Positions 41,918-51,516 of a DNA stretch of 64,000 bases are shown in pieces. Position 1 is the first letter of the stretch. Each line of letters opens with the position of its first letter. The notes under the pieces are model-generated. The model was not told the DNA's origin and searched no databases. It worked only from the letters and a program-made list of their open reading frames with translations. The stretch covers positions 1,860 through 65,859 of the forward strand of contig CASFHP010000021.1 of the NCBI GenBank assembly GCA_949294555.1, read 5' to 3'. Source of the stretch: an uncultured Eubacteriales bacterium. Its GTDB lineage: Bacteria > Bacillota > Clostridia > TANB77 > CAG-508. Position numbers and translations under genes: made by a program.

Positions 41918-42703
41918 ATGATAGATTTAGAAAAGGCAGAAAATGAATTTATTGCGTATACAAAAAAATTTGATTTAGAAAATAAACGATTAAAGGGAAA
42001 ACAAGAACACTCTTTAAGAGTTCGAGATATTTCTAAAAGAATTGCTGAAAATTTGCAATTAGATAATAAAGAAATACAATTAGCAACACTAATTGGCTTA
42101 TTACATGACATTGCAAGATTTGAGCAATATACACAATATGGAACTTTTAGAGATAGAGAAAGTGTTGACCACGGAGATTTAGGCGTAGAAATTTTAAAGA
42201 AAAATGATTATATAAAAAAATATATTGAAAACGAAGAGGATATTCATATCCTATATTTGGCAATCAAAAATCATAATAAATATCAAATAGAAACAGGGCT
42301 AAACGATAGGGAAAATCAATTTTGTAAGATAATAAGAGACGCGGATAAAATCGATATTTTCTATGAAGCATCAGAAATTTTTTATACAGAGAAAGAAATT
42401 GAAGAAATCAATCAATCCATTATAAATGATGAGATTGTTTCAAAAATGTATGAAAAATCTTTGATTGATAGAAATCAATTTAAGAAAAAAGAAAAACTAA
42501 CTGAGATATTTGTTTTTTTAGCCTTTCTATTTGATATTAATTATAAAGCCTCTTATCAAATTATTTATCAAGAAGAATATATTAATAAAATCTTTCAAAG
42601 ATTTCATTTTGAAGATGAACATACAAAACAAGAAATGCAAAAACTACAAGCATTTTTAAATCAGTATGTTAAAGATAAAATACAAAATGAAAGTATTAAA
42701 TAA
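41918..42703 (+). CDS. HD-domain phosphohydrolase
   Basis: HSLRV ... LLHDIAR ... DADKID. Confidence 0.8.
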   Translation: MIDLEKAENEFIAYTKKFDLENKRLKGKQEHSLRVRDISKRIAENLQLDNKEIQLATLIGLLHDIARFEQYTQYGTFRDRESVDHGDLGVEILKKNDYIKKYIENEEDIHILYLAIKNHNKYQIETGLNDRENQFCKIIRDADKIDIFYEASEIFYTEKEIEEINQSIINDEIVSKMYEKSLIDRNQFKKKEKLTEIFVFLAFLFDINYKASYQIIYQEEYINKIFQRFHFEDEHTKQEMQKLQAFLNQYVKDKIQNESIK

Positions 42704-42764
42704 ATAAGTTTATAGGTACAAGCTGATAAAAACCTAAATATAGAGTAAGGAAAGAATTATAAAA

Positions 42765-44762
42765 TTGAGCAAAAAATTAATTATAACAGAAAAACCATCA
42801 GTTGCAATGGAATTTGCAAAAGCATTAAAAATAACAACCAGTAGAAAAAATGGATATTTAGAATCTAATGATTGGATTATTACTTGGTGTGTGGGACATT
42901 TAGTGACAATGAGCTATCCAGAAAAATATGATGAAAAACTAAAATTTTGGACATTAGACACACTACCATTTATTCCCAAAGACTGGAAATACGAAATCAT
43001 CCCACAAGTGCAAAATCAATTTAATATTGTACAACAACTATTGCAAAGAGAAGATGTAGAAGAAATATATAATGCAGGAGACTCTGGAAGAGAAGGAGAA
43101 TACATACAAAGACTAGTCTTTATGATGGCAAAGCCAAATCCAAAAGCAAAAATGAAAAGGGTTTGGATAGACTCTCAAACAGAAGAAGAAATTTTGAGAG
43201 GAATTCGTGAAGCAAAAGATATGAGTGCATATGATAGTTTGTCAGATAGTGCTTATTTAAGGGCAAAAGAGGATTACTTAATCGGAATCAATTTTTCAAG
43301 ACTACTTTCTATCATATTTGGAAGAAGATTGGCACAAAATATTCATGAAGATAGAGCGTCTATCTCAGTTGGAAGGGTTATGACTTGTGTATTAGGAATG
43401 GTCGTATCACGAGAAAGAGAAATTAGAAATTTTGTAAAAACCAAATACTATAAAATTGTAGGAGAATTTGGAGAAGAAGTATCTTCCTTTAAAGCAGATT
43501 GGAAGGCAACAGAAAAATCCACAGTATGGGAATCTCCTAAATTATATAATGAAACAGGATTTAAAAAGGAAAAAGACGCTAAAGAATTTATACTAAGTTT
43601 AAGTAATAAAAAAGCAGTTATAACAGAATTAAAAAAATCAAAACAAAAAGAAAATGCGCCATTGCTATTTAACTTAGCAGAAATTCAAAATGAATGTACC
43701 AAACGATTTAAAATCAAGCCAGATGAAACTTTGGAAATTATTCAAAATTTGTATGAGAAAAAGTTGGTTACCTATCCTAGAACAGATGCTAGAGTGTTAT
43801 CAACTGCAGTTAGTAAAGAAATCAATAAAAACTTAAATGGAATTGCGAAAGGCTGTAAAAATGAAGAAATTCAAGGATATATCAAAAAGATGGTAGATGA
43901 AAAATATTCTACTAATTTAGCTAAGACGAAATATGTTAATGATAGCAAAATTACAGACCACTATGCGATTATTCCAACAGGACAAGGATATGAAAATTTC
44001 AATAGTTTACCACAATTGCAAAAAGATATTTATCTTGTAATTGTAAAGCGTTTTCTAGCGATTTTTTATCCACCAGCAGAATATAATAAAATTCAATTAA
44101 CCATAGAAGTAGAAATGGATAAAGAAAAGAAAGAAACATTTACAACAAGCGGAAGAGTATGCGTAAAACAAGGATTTTTGGAAATTTTAAAACCAATTGA
44201 TAAACAGGAAAATAAAAAGAAAAAATCCACAAACAGTGAGCAAGGTGTGGAAAACAAAGAAGAAGAAAATAAGAATAGTGAAAATAAATCTGCAGACTTA
44301 GAAATTTTGAAAAAATTGAAAAAAGGACAAGAAGTTTTGATTAAAAATTTTGAAATCAAAGAAGCAGAAACTTCACCACCAAATAGATATAATTCTGGTT
44401 CGATTATTTTGGCTATGGAAAATGCAGGAAAGTTAATAGAAGAAGAGGAACTAAGAGAGCAAATCAAAGGTGCAGGAATTGGAACTAGTGCAACAAGAGG
44501 AGAAATCATCAAAAAATTAGAAAAAATTAATTATATAGAAATTAATAATAAAACACAAATAATTACCCCAAGCCAAAAAGGAGAATATATTTACGATATT
44601 GTAATGCAATCAATGCCAGATATGTTAAACCCTAAATTAACAGCTAGTTGGGAAAAGGGCTTAGACATGGTAGCAAAAAAAGAAATTAAGCCAGATGAAT
44701 TCATGACAAAATTAGAGAACTATATCAATAGTAAATTTAATAAATTGGTAGTAAAGATGTGA
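42765..44762 (+). CDS. topB: DNA topoisomerase III-like type IA topoisomerase
   Basis: Toprim N-terminus LIITEKPSVA, DSGREGE and YPRTD. TTG start. No C-terminal zinc fingers. Confidence 0.85.
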   Translation: MSKKLIITEKPSVAMEFAKALKITTSRKNGYLESNDWIITWCVGHLVTMSYPEKYDEKLKFWTLDTLPFIPKDWKYEIIPQVQNQFNIVQQLLQREDVEEIYNAGDSGREGEYIQRLVFMMAKPNPKAKMKRVWIDSQTEEEILRGIREAKDMSAYDSLSDSAYLRAKEDYLIGINFSRLLSIIFGRRLAQNIHEDRASISVGRVMTCVLGMVVSREREIRNFVKTKYYKIVGEFGEEVSSFKADWKATEKSTVWESPKLYNETGFKKEKDAKEFILSLSNKKAVITELKKSKQKENAPLLFNLAEIQNECTKRFKIKPDETLEIIQNLYEKKLVTYPRTDARVLSTAVSKEINKNLNGIAKGCKNEEIQGYIKKMVDEKYSTNLAKTKYVNDSKITDHYAIIPTGQGYENFNSLPQLQKDIYLVIVKRFLAIFYPPAEYNKIQLTIEVEMDKEKKETFTTSGRVCVKQGFLEILKPIDKQENKKKKSTNSEQGVENKEEENKNSENKSADLEILKKLKKGQEVLIKNFEIKEAETSPPNRYNSGSIILAMENAGKLIEEEELREQIKGAGIGTSATRGEIIKKLEKINYIEINNKTQIITPSQKGEYIYDIVMQSMPDMLNPKLTASWEKGLDMVAKKEIKPDEFMTKLENYINSKFNKLVVKM

Positions 44763-44941
44763 ATAATTAGTGTTGTGTATATTTATGCTAAAAGAGAAAT
44801 ATGTGTTATATAAAAGAAATAAAAAGAAAATAAAATATTTTTTTATGATAATAGACTAGAATAAAAAAGATAAGTAAAAATTGGAAAAGCCTCTCTATGA
44901 CAGAGAGACTTTTCTTTTCGGAGGTTCAGCTAAGCAGAAAC

Positions 44942-45649
44942 TTAGCTGAATTTCTGGCAGGCCCAGGCTCGCCGAATGTTCCTGAATAAATCGTATATGT
45001 TTACTTCTCTGAGGGAATGTGAAGAAGTTGTCGTCATAACAGCTTTTTCACCTTCTATTCTCCAAATGATGACACATTCATTGGTCATCATATAAGGGGA
45101 TGGAAAATAATGTAATCATGCAGAAGAAACCAATGCAATTACAGGTCTCTGTAATGTTACGGATTCACACAAATTGAAAATGGACGGTTGAATTTGTGTT
45201 CTCACGTGATATTTTTCTAACACCTTATCAAACGCAATCCACAACGTACCATTGAATCGAGTGCGAAATCCGTTGTCTACTAATACCTTTCCAAGCGTCT
45301 CCAATGATTTTGGAGAAGTTCGAAAATAATCTAATATAGACATGAAGGCACATGGGACTGTGCCTCCATCCGACATGGTCTTATACCCATCTGGTAAACT
45401 TTCATCTGCACGTAGGACTCTGCACTCACGATAGTCGTAGACTATCGTAGTAAAGTCATGTTGACAATACGGCGTGGGAATAAACTCGTTTTTAATTCCT
45501 CCACCCTTAAAACTAATTTGGCAAGTTTCTAAAAAATGAAGAGATTGTTTCCAACTTTCATCAAAAGCTGTAAGCTCTTCTTTGTATCGGGTGTATGCCG
45601 ATGGCTCTAACCGAGCCTGGTATCCTGTGCCAATGAGTGATTTCATCAT
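44942..45649 (-). pseudogene. GC-richer foreign gene remnant (papain/C39-like peptidase guess) interrupted by an in-frame TGA
   Basis: The ORF MMKSLIGTGYQ...ALVSSA stops at TGA (45118-45116). The same frame continues LHYFPSPYMMTNECVIIW... to TAA (44944-44942). Composition clearly differs from the neighbours. The functional guess rests only on DGGTVPCAFMSILDYF. Confidence 0.45.
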
Positions 45650-45951
45650 ATATTTTTCCTCCATTTTTCCTCGAGGGAATTTCTCCCTCTTTGTTGTAAA
45701 GTTATCAAGTGACATATTTATTATACCATAAAATGGCCATAAATTCAATGAAAATGAGGCAATATAGAGGTTTTACGATAAAAGACTTACTATTAGACCT
45801 GTGTACACAAGTGGGAACAGTTAAATAAAAGAAAAATATATTTTGCAAAACTATTTATATTTTCTTAAAAAAGTAGTATAATATAGAAATCAACCAAATT
45901 TATGTTACGAGGAAGGAATACAAATAAACATGAATACCATATTAGGAGAAC

Positions 45952-48900
45952 TTGGAAAATCTCGGAAAGTTTGTAACACTGGTAAATCAAATAGAAAACG
46001 AAAAAAGTCCGATAATGATATCGGGCTTAACTGGCGTGGGAATGGTAGAATTATTAGCCAGTATCAACGAATATGCCAAAAGGCCAATGTTAATAGTTAC
46101 ATACAATGAGGTTCAAGCAAAAGAAATAGCAGGAAATATAAAAGCATTTATTGATAAAGGCGATATATTCCCCAAAAAAGAAATTGTAACTTATGACTAT
46201 ATTGCAGAAAGTAAAGACTTGCCTTATGAAAGAATAGAAGTATTAAGTAAGATAAAAGAAAAAAGAAACCCAATCATTGTGACGACCATAGAAGCTTTAA
46301 TGCAAAAATTACCACCAAGAGATGTATTATTTAAAAACTTGCTACACTTCAAAGTGGGCGATGTTTATTCATTAGAAGATATCAAGAAAACCCTAGTAAA
46401 TTTAGGGTATGTGAGATGTGACCTAATTGAAGGAAGAGGGCAATTTAGTATTAGAGGTGGCATTTTAGATATTTCTGTTTCAGAAAAAGTTGGTGTTAGA
46501 ATTGAGTTCTGGGGAGATGAAGTAGACTCTATTAGGAATTTTGCAATTGTTAGTCAGAGGTCAATTAACACATTGGAAAAAGTGGAGATTTATCCAGCAC
46601 ATGAATACATATTAGAGCAACCAATAGAGCAAGTATGTAAAAATATCAGAGATGTATTTTTTAATAAAAATCAGCAAGAAATTGTAGAAGAAGATATAGA
46701 GCAAATTGTCGGTGGAAATTATATTAGTAAAATTGATAAATATTTTGATTGCTTTTATACACATACATCTACATTATTAGATTATTTATCAGACAAATAT
46801 ATTATTGCATTAGATGAAGAAAGAAAAATAAAACAAAGAACAGAAAATATCAAGCAAGATAGAAAAAATTTGATTGACGCTTTAGTGGAAAAAGAAAAAA
46901 TAGTGCCTCAAAGCTTAGAAAATACAATTGAATATGATGAAATAGAAAGTATTTTAGAAAATGGAAAACGAAATCTTATCTATTTAGAAAAACAAGATAG
47001 CGTAACCAATAAACAAGCAGAAAAATATGTTTTTGAATACAGAGAGGTGAATTTCTATAAAAGCGAAATTGAAAGTCTATTTCAAGAACTAAAAGAAGCA
47101 TTAAAACACAAAAAAAGTGTATATATTTTAGTTGAGAGCAAAGAAAAGGCAAAAAAGCTAAAAGAAATATTAGAAAAAGAAGAAATTATTTGTAAGATTG
47201 AAGAAAAATTAGACAAGACAATTGTGGTAAAAACAGTTGAAAAAATTGTAACAATTGGAATTGGAAAAGTAACTTCTGGATTTGAAAATTATGAAATTAA
47301 TCAATTGGTTATTTCAGCAGATGAATTAATTAGTGGAGAAAAGAAAAAAAGAAAAGCTGTCCATTCAGCATATGCAGAAGGGGAAAAGGTTGTATTTGCC
47401 GATTTAAAGATAGGGGATTATGTCGTTCATAGAACCTATGGAATTGGTATCTATATTGGTGTGAATACCATTAAAGCAGATGGAACCATTAAGGATTATA
47501 TCAAGATAAAATACCAAAATGACGATATTTTATATGTCCCAACAAATCAAATGGACATGATTAGAAAATATGTTGGTGGAGATACCATTCATCCAAAAAT
47601 CAATCGATTAGGAAGTAAAGAATGGGAAAATACCAAAACCAAAGTAAAGAAAAACTTAAGAGAAGTGGCAAGAGACTTAATCGAATTGTATGCCAAAAGA
47701 GAAAAGTCACAAGGATTTAGTTTTAGTAAAGACACCCCTTGGCAAAATGAATTTGAAGCAAAATTTCCATATCAAGAAACCGACGACCAATTACGTTGTA
47801 TAGAAGAGGTCAAAAAAGATATGGAAAACGATAAACCGATGGACAGATTGTTATGTGGAGATGTTGGATATGGTAAAACAGAAGTCGCCATAAGAGCAGC
47901 ATTTAAGGCGGTCATGGACCATAAACAAGTAGCATATTTAGCACCAACAACCGTTTTAGCAGAACAACAATATCAAGAATTTAAAGAAAGAATGAAAGAT
48001 TACCCAATCAAAGTAGAAATCTTAAACAGATTTAAGACTGCTAAATATCAAAAAGAAGTGATAAAAGGTTTAAAACTAGGAGAAGTGGACATTGTGGTTG
48101 GAACGCATAGAATTCTAAGTAAAGATGTGGAATTCAGAGATTTAGGGTTATTAATCATTGATGAAGAGCATCGATTTGGTGTAAAAGATAAAGAAAAAAT
48201 AAAACAATACAAAACAAATGTAGATGTATTAACCATGACAGCAACACCAATTCCTAGAACTTTACACATGTCTATTGTAGGTGTAAGAGATATGTCTGTT
48301 ATCTATGAACCACCACAAAATAGGAGACCTGTACAGACTTATGTACTAGAATATGATAGAGAAGTAGTAAGAGAAGCCATTACAAAAGAATTGGAAAGAG
48401 ATGGACAAGTATTTTACATTTTTAACAATGTAGAAAATATCCAGCGAAAAGCAGATGAAATAGCAAATCTTGTACCAGAAGCAGAAGTTTCTTATGCACA
48501 TGGGCAAATGTCAGGAAATCAAATTGAAGAAATCATGGATGACTTCATTCAAAAAAAATCAAATGTATTGGTATGTACAACCATTTTGGAATCTGGAATC
48601 GATATCCCAAATGCCAATACGATTATAGTAGAAAATGCAGACAGAATGGGATTAGCACAGCTATATCAAATTCGAGGAAGAGTTGGTAGAAGTGATAGGC
48701 AAGCATATGCGTATATTACCTATAAACGAGACAAATTACTATCAGAAGTTGCAGACAAGCGATTAAAAGCTATAAAAGAATTCACAGAATTTGGTTCAGG
48801 ATTTAAAATTGCAATGCGTGACTTGGAAATCAGAGGAGCAGGAAGTTTGCTAGGAGAAATCCAATCAGGACACTTAGAACAAGTAGGATATGATACGTAT

Positions 48901-49407
48901 TGCAACCTGTTAGATGAAGTTGTAAAAGAAATAAAAGGTATAGAAGTAAAACCAGAAGTCGATATTCAAATAGACCTAAATGTAACCAGCTATATTCCAG
49001 AAGAGTATATCTCAGATGCTAACCAAAAAATTGAAATATATCAAGATATTGCATTATGCAAAAGTGAAGAAGATATCCAAAATGTTATTGATGAAATTAT
49101 TGATAGATTTGGTAACATGCCAGCAGAATTGGAAAACTTAATCGATATTGCACGAATTAAATATTTAGCAAAAGCATTAAATATATCAAAAATTGCAAGC
49201 AAGAAAACAGCCGTTGTCTTCACTTTTGAAGAAAGTCAATTTCCATATGATGTAGCAAAACTTGTAAAAGAATATGGAAATAGTTTAAAATTCTCAGCAG
49301 GTATTAAACCGATGATTACACTAGAGATTGGAACAAATAATGAAATGAAAATTTTAAATGATGTGACAGAATTTTTGAAGACTTTGGGGAAATATAAAAG
49401 TGAATAA
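45952..49407 (+). CDS. mfd: Transcription-repair coupling factor
   Basis: Helicase motifs GDVGYGKTEVA, DEEHRFG, TATPIPRT and QLYQIRGRVGRS. The TTG at 45952 lies only 2 nt after its AGGAGA. The N-terminus may instead start at ATG 45930 and join via a +1 shift at CGG 45963-45965. Confidence 0.95.
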   Translation: MENLGKFVTLVNQIENEKSPIMISGLTGVGMVELLASINEYAKRPMLIVTYNEVQAKEIAGNIKAFIDKGDIFPKKEIVTYDYIAESKDLPYERIEVLSKIKEKRNPIIVTTIEALMQKLPPRDVLFKNLLHFKVGDVYSLEDIKKTLVNLGYVRCDLIEGRGQFSIRGGILDISVSEKVGVRIEFWGDEVDSIRNFAIVSQRSINTLEKVEIYPAHEYILEQPIEQVCKNIRDVFFNKNQQEIVEEDIEQIVGGNYISKIDKYFDCFYTHTSTLLDYLSDKYIIALDEERKIKQRTENIKQDRKNLIDALVEKEKIVPQSLENTIEYDEIESILENGKRNLIYLEKQDSVTNKQAEKYVFEYREVNFYKSEIESLFQELKEALKHKKSVYILVESKEKAKKLKEILEKEEIICKIEEKLDKTIVVKTVEKIVTIGIGKVTSGFENYEINQLVISADELISGEKKKRKAVHSAYAEGEKVVFADLKIGDYVVHRTYGIGIYIGVNTIKADGTIKDYIKIKYQNDDILYVPTNQMDMIRKYVGGDTIHPKINRLGSKEWENTKTKVKKNLREVARDLIELYAKREKSQGFSFSKDTPWQNEFEAKFPYQETDDQLRCIEEVKKDMENDKPMDRLLCGDVGYGKTEVAIRAAFKAVMDHKQVAYLAPTTVLAEQQYQEFKERMKDYPIKVEILNRFKTAKYQKEVIKGLKLGEVDIVVGTHRILSKDVEFRDLGLLIIDEEHRFGVKDKEKIKQYKTNVDVLTMTATPIPRTLHMSIVGVRDMSVIYEPPQNRRPVQTYVLEYDREVVREAITKELERDGQVFYIFNNVENIQRKADEIANLVPEAEVSYAHGQMSGNQIEEIMDDFIQKKSNVLVCTTILESGIDIPNANTIIVENADRMGLAQLYQIRGRVGRSDRQAYAYITYKRDKLLSEVADKRLKAIKEFTEFGSGFKIAMRDLEIRGAGSLLGEIQSGHLEQVGYDTYCNLLDEVVKEIKGIEVKPEVDIQIDLNVTSYIPEEYISDANQKIEIYQDIALCKSEEDIQNVIDEIIDRFGNMPAELENLIDIARIKYLAKALNISKIASKKTAVVFTFEESQFPYDVAKLVKEYGNSLKFSAGIKPMITLEIGTNNEMKILNDVTEFLKTLGKYKSE

Positions 49408-49544
49408 AAATACAAAAATTTTTATAACAAAAAGGCATATCTAAAAATAGGTATGCCTTTTTGTTGATATTAATGACTTACATAGTATAAAACTATGGAC
49501 ACTAATGTAATTATAGTATATGATGAAATTAAGAATATATGCAA

Positions 49545-49619
49545 TAAAAAACGATAGCCTTTTAGCTATCGGATTAATAATGATTACGTTCCTTTCGGAA
49601 CGGACACTAATGTTTTATT
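49545..49619 (-). ncRNA. Candidate ~75-nt small RNA
   Basis: Minus-strand promoter TTGACT (49654-49649), 17-nt spacer, TAAAAT (49631-49626). GAAA-tetraloop hairpin (49587-49602). Intrinsic terminator hairpin (49552-49571) plus a 6-U run. Confidence 0.4.
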
Positions 49620-49902
49620 AAATTTATTTTAACTGTTAATTAGAAAAAAGTCAAGAATTTTTTAAAAACTTATTCATTTTTTAATGGTCGTAATCTATAT
49701 AAGGTTTCAAGTTGGGAATTTATATTGCTCCAATCGTTTTGTGAAATTGTAACTAAATTCCCGAAATATAAAGAAATTATATTGAATAAACAAGAAAAAA
49801 GTTATAAAATACAAGCATATTTATATAGTTTATTTCAAAAGTAGATTATATCAACTATTAAATAAAATATTTTAAAATTTACTTTTAAATCAATATAAAC
49901 TA

Positions 49903-49931
49903 TTGACTTTGCATGTAATAGTATATATAAT
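49903..49931 (+). promoter_or_regulatory. Consensus promoter of the small-toxin transcript
   Basis: TTGACT (49903-49908), 17-nt spacer, TATAAT (49926-49931). Confidence 0.6.
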
Positions 49932-50007
49932 TACATATGAAGTAAGAGAGTAAACAAGGAATAGTGGCTATCATCTCTAATTCCAAAGGATGAGGAGGTG
50001 ATGCTAT

Positions 50008-50121
50008 ATGGTAAATATATTAATTAAATTATTACATATTTTAATTTTTTCTAATATATGTTTTATCATAGTAGTTATTGCCTTAATAATTGTGATAATA
50101 TTATTAATAAGCGATAAATAA
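50008..50121 (+). CDS. 37-aa hydrophobic peptide, type I toxin-like
   Basis: GAGGAGG RBS 8 nt upstream of the ATG. The peptide is MVNILIKLLHILIFSNICFIIVVIALIIVIILLISDK (one TM helix with a short polar tail). It is below the ORF-track size cut-off. Confidence 0.55.
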   Translation: MVNILIKLLHILIFSNICFIIVVIALIIVIILLISDK

Positions 50122-50215
50122 AAAAGCCACACCCTTGATTCCGCCATCGGGGTGTGGTAATAACACCAATAAGATGAGATGGTAGCCACTATTTGAAAGT
50201 GGTCTCCTTACTTCT
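50120..50215 (-). ncRNA. Candidate antisense antitoxin RNA, convergent with and overlapping the toxin 3' UTR
   Basis: Minus-strand extended -10 TGATATAAT (50230-50222). A GC-rich hairpin (50127-50157) is followed by a U-run only on the minus strand, ending at the toxin stop codon. Confidence 0.5.
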
Positions 50216-50295
50216 ATTTATATTATATCATAAAATTGTATAAAGTAAATAGAATTTGAAAAAATAAATTATATAAATAAAATCTGGAGGCCGTT

Positions 50296-51108
50296 ATGCA
50301 AGTAATATCAAGTAAAGATAATGAATTTATTAAACATGTAAAAAAATTAAAAGACAAAAAATATAGAGACTTGAACAATGAATATATCATTGAAGGCATT
50401 AAAATTATAGAAGAAGCCATCAATGAAAAAGCGAATATCAAACAAGTCGTTATTTGTGATGATTGCGAAAAAACATCCAATATTCCTAAAGACTTAATGT
50501 ATGAAATTGCAAAACAAGAATGTGTATATGTAACAAGCAAATTATTTGAAAGTTTAACAGATGTTGCAAATCCACAAGGAATATTGGCAATTGTGGAGAA
50601 AAATACAGTAAAGTCGCAAACAGCAGGCAATGAGGAACAAGAACTCGATTATACTCAAGATATTATAGTAGCCTTAGATGATATTCAAGACCCAGGAAAC
50701 CTAGGCACTATTTTAAGAACAGTAGATAGTATAGGGCTTAGTCAAATATTGGTATCAAAAGGAACAGCAGATAGCTATAATCCAAAGGTTGTAAGGTCTA
50801 CAATGGGAGCCATATTTAGAGTTAAAATTATCGAATGTGCAGACTTAGAAAAAACACTAAAAGAAATCAAAAAACATAAATTTGAAATTGTTGTAACGTC
50901 ATTACAAACAAAAAATAGTATTTATGACATTCATTACAAGAAAAAAGTAATTGTCATCGGAAATGAAGCAAATGGGGTAGAAGAAAAAATACAAAAACTA
51001 GCAGACAAAAAAGTAAAAATACCAATGCTTGGAAAAACAGAAAGCTTAAACGCTTCTGTTGCAACAGGTATCATATTATATGAATATGTGAGACAAAAAA
51101 TTGAATAA
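50296..51108 (+). CDS. TrmH/SpoU-family RNA 2'-O-methyltransferase
   Basis: SpoU motifs DDIQDPGNLGTILRT, VIGNEANGV and ESLNASVA. Confidence 0.9.
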   Translation: MQVISSKDNEFIKHVKKLKDKKYRDLNNEYIIEGIKIIEEAINEKANIKQVVICDDCEKTSNIPKDLMYEIAKQECVYVTSKLFESLTDVANPQGILAIVEKNTVKSQTAGNEEQELDYTQDIIVALDDIQDPGNLGTILRTVDSIGLSQILVSKGTADSYNPKVVRSTMGAIFRVKIIECADLEKTLKEIKKHKFEIVVTSLQTKNSIYDIHYKKKVIVIGNEANGVEEKIQKLADKKVKIPMLGKTESLNASVATGIILYEYVRQKIE

Positions 51109-51516
51109 AAAACAAAAATTTTCTTAGAGTTCAATACTCTAAGAAAAAAATAATATTTTTAACAAACCAAAAAAATCTGAAACATTAAATATACTAAGTG
51201 TTTCAGGTTTTTTGTGTTTTCTTAGAGTATTGAAATCCAAGTAAAACAAGAAATAAAATACGACAACATGTTAACTTAACTCAAAATAATAGATAAAATA
51301 AAAATGTAAAAAAATGATTTTAATTGAGAATAAGAATATTTAAAATACATATTATTGGAATAAAAAGTAAAAAAATGTGAATACGATTTATGAAAGTTAA
51401 AAGAAAACTAGAAGTTAAAGAATAGATAAAAAACTCTAAGAAAAGAAGAAAATGTACACAAATGAAACATTACATAAATTAAGCATAAGAAAACAAAAGA
51501 AGGGAGATTTTAAGGA

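Noticed and set aside
50223-50630. 135-aa minus-strand ORF (and the 61-aa one at 50004-50189)
   Set aside because: The first is antisense to the SpoU methyltransferase gene. The second is antisense to the small-toxin locus and is explained by the strand-symmetric AT-rich sequence. Neither has an RBS.
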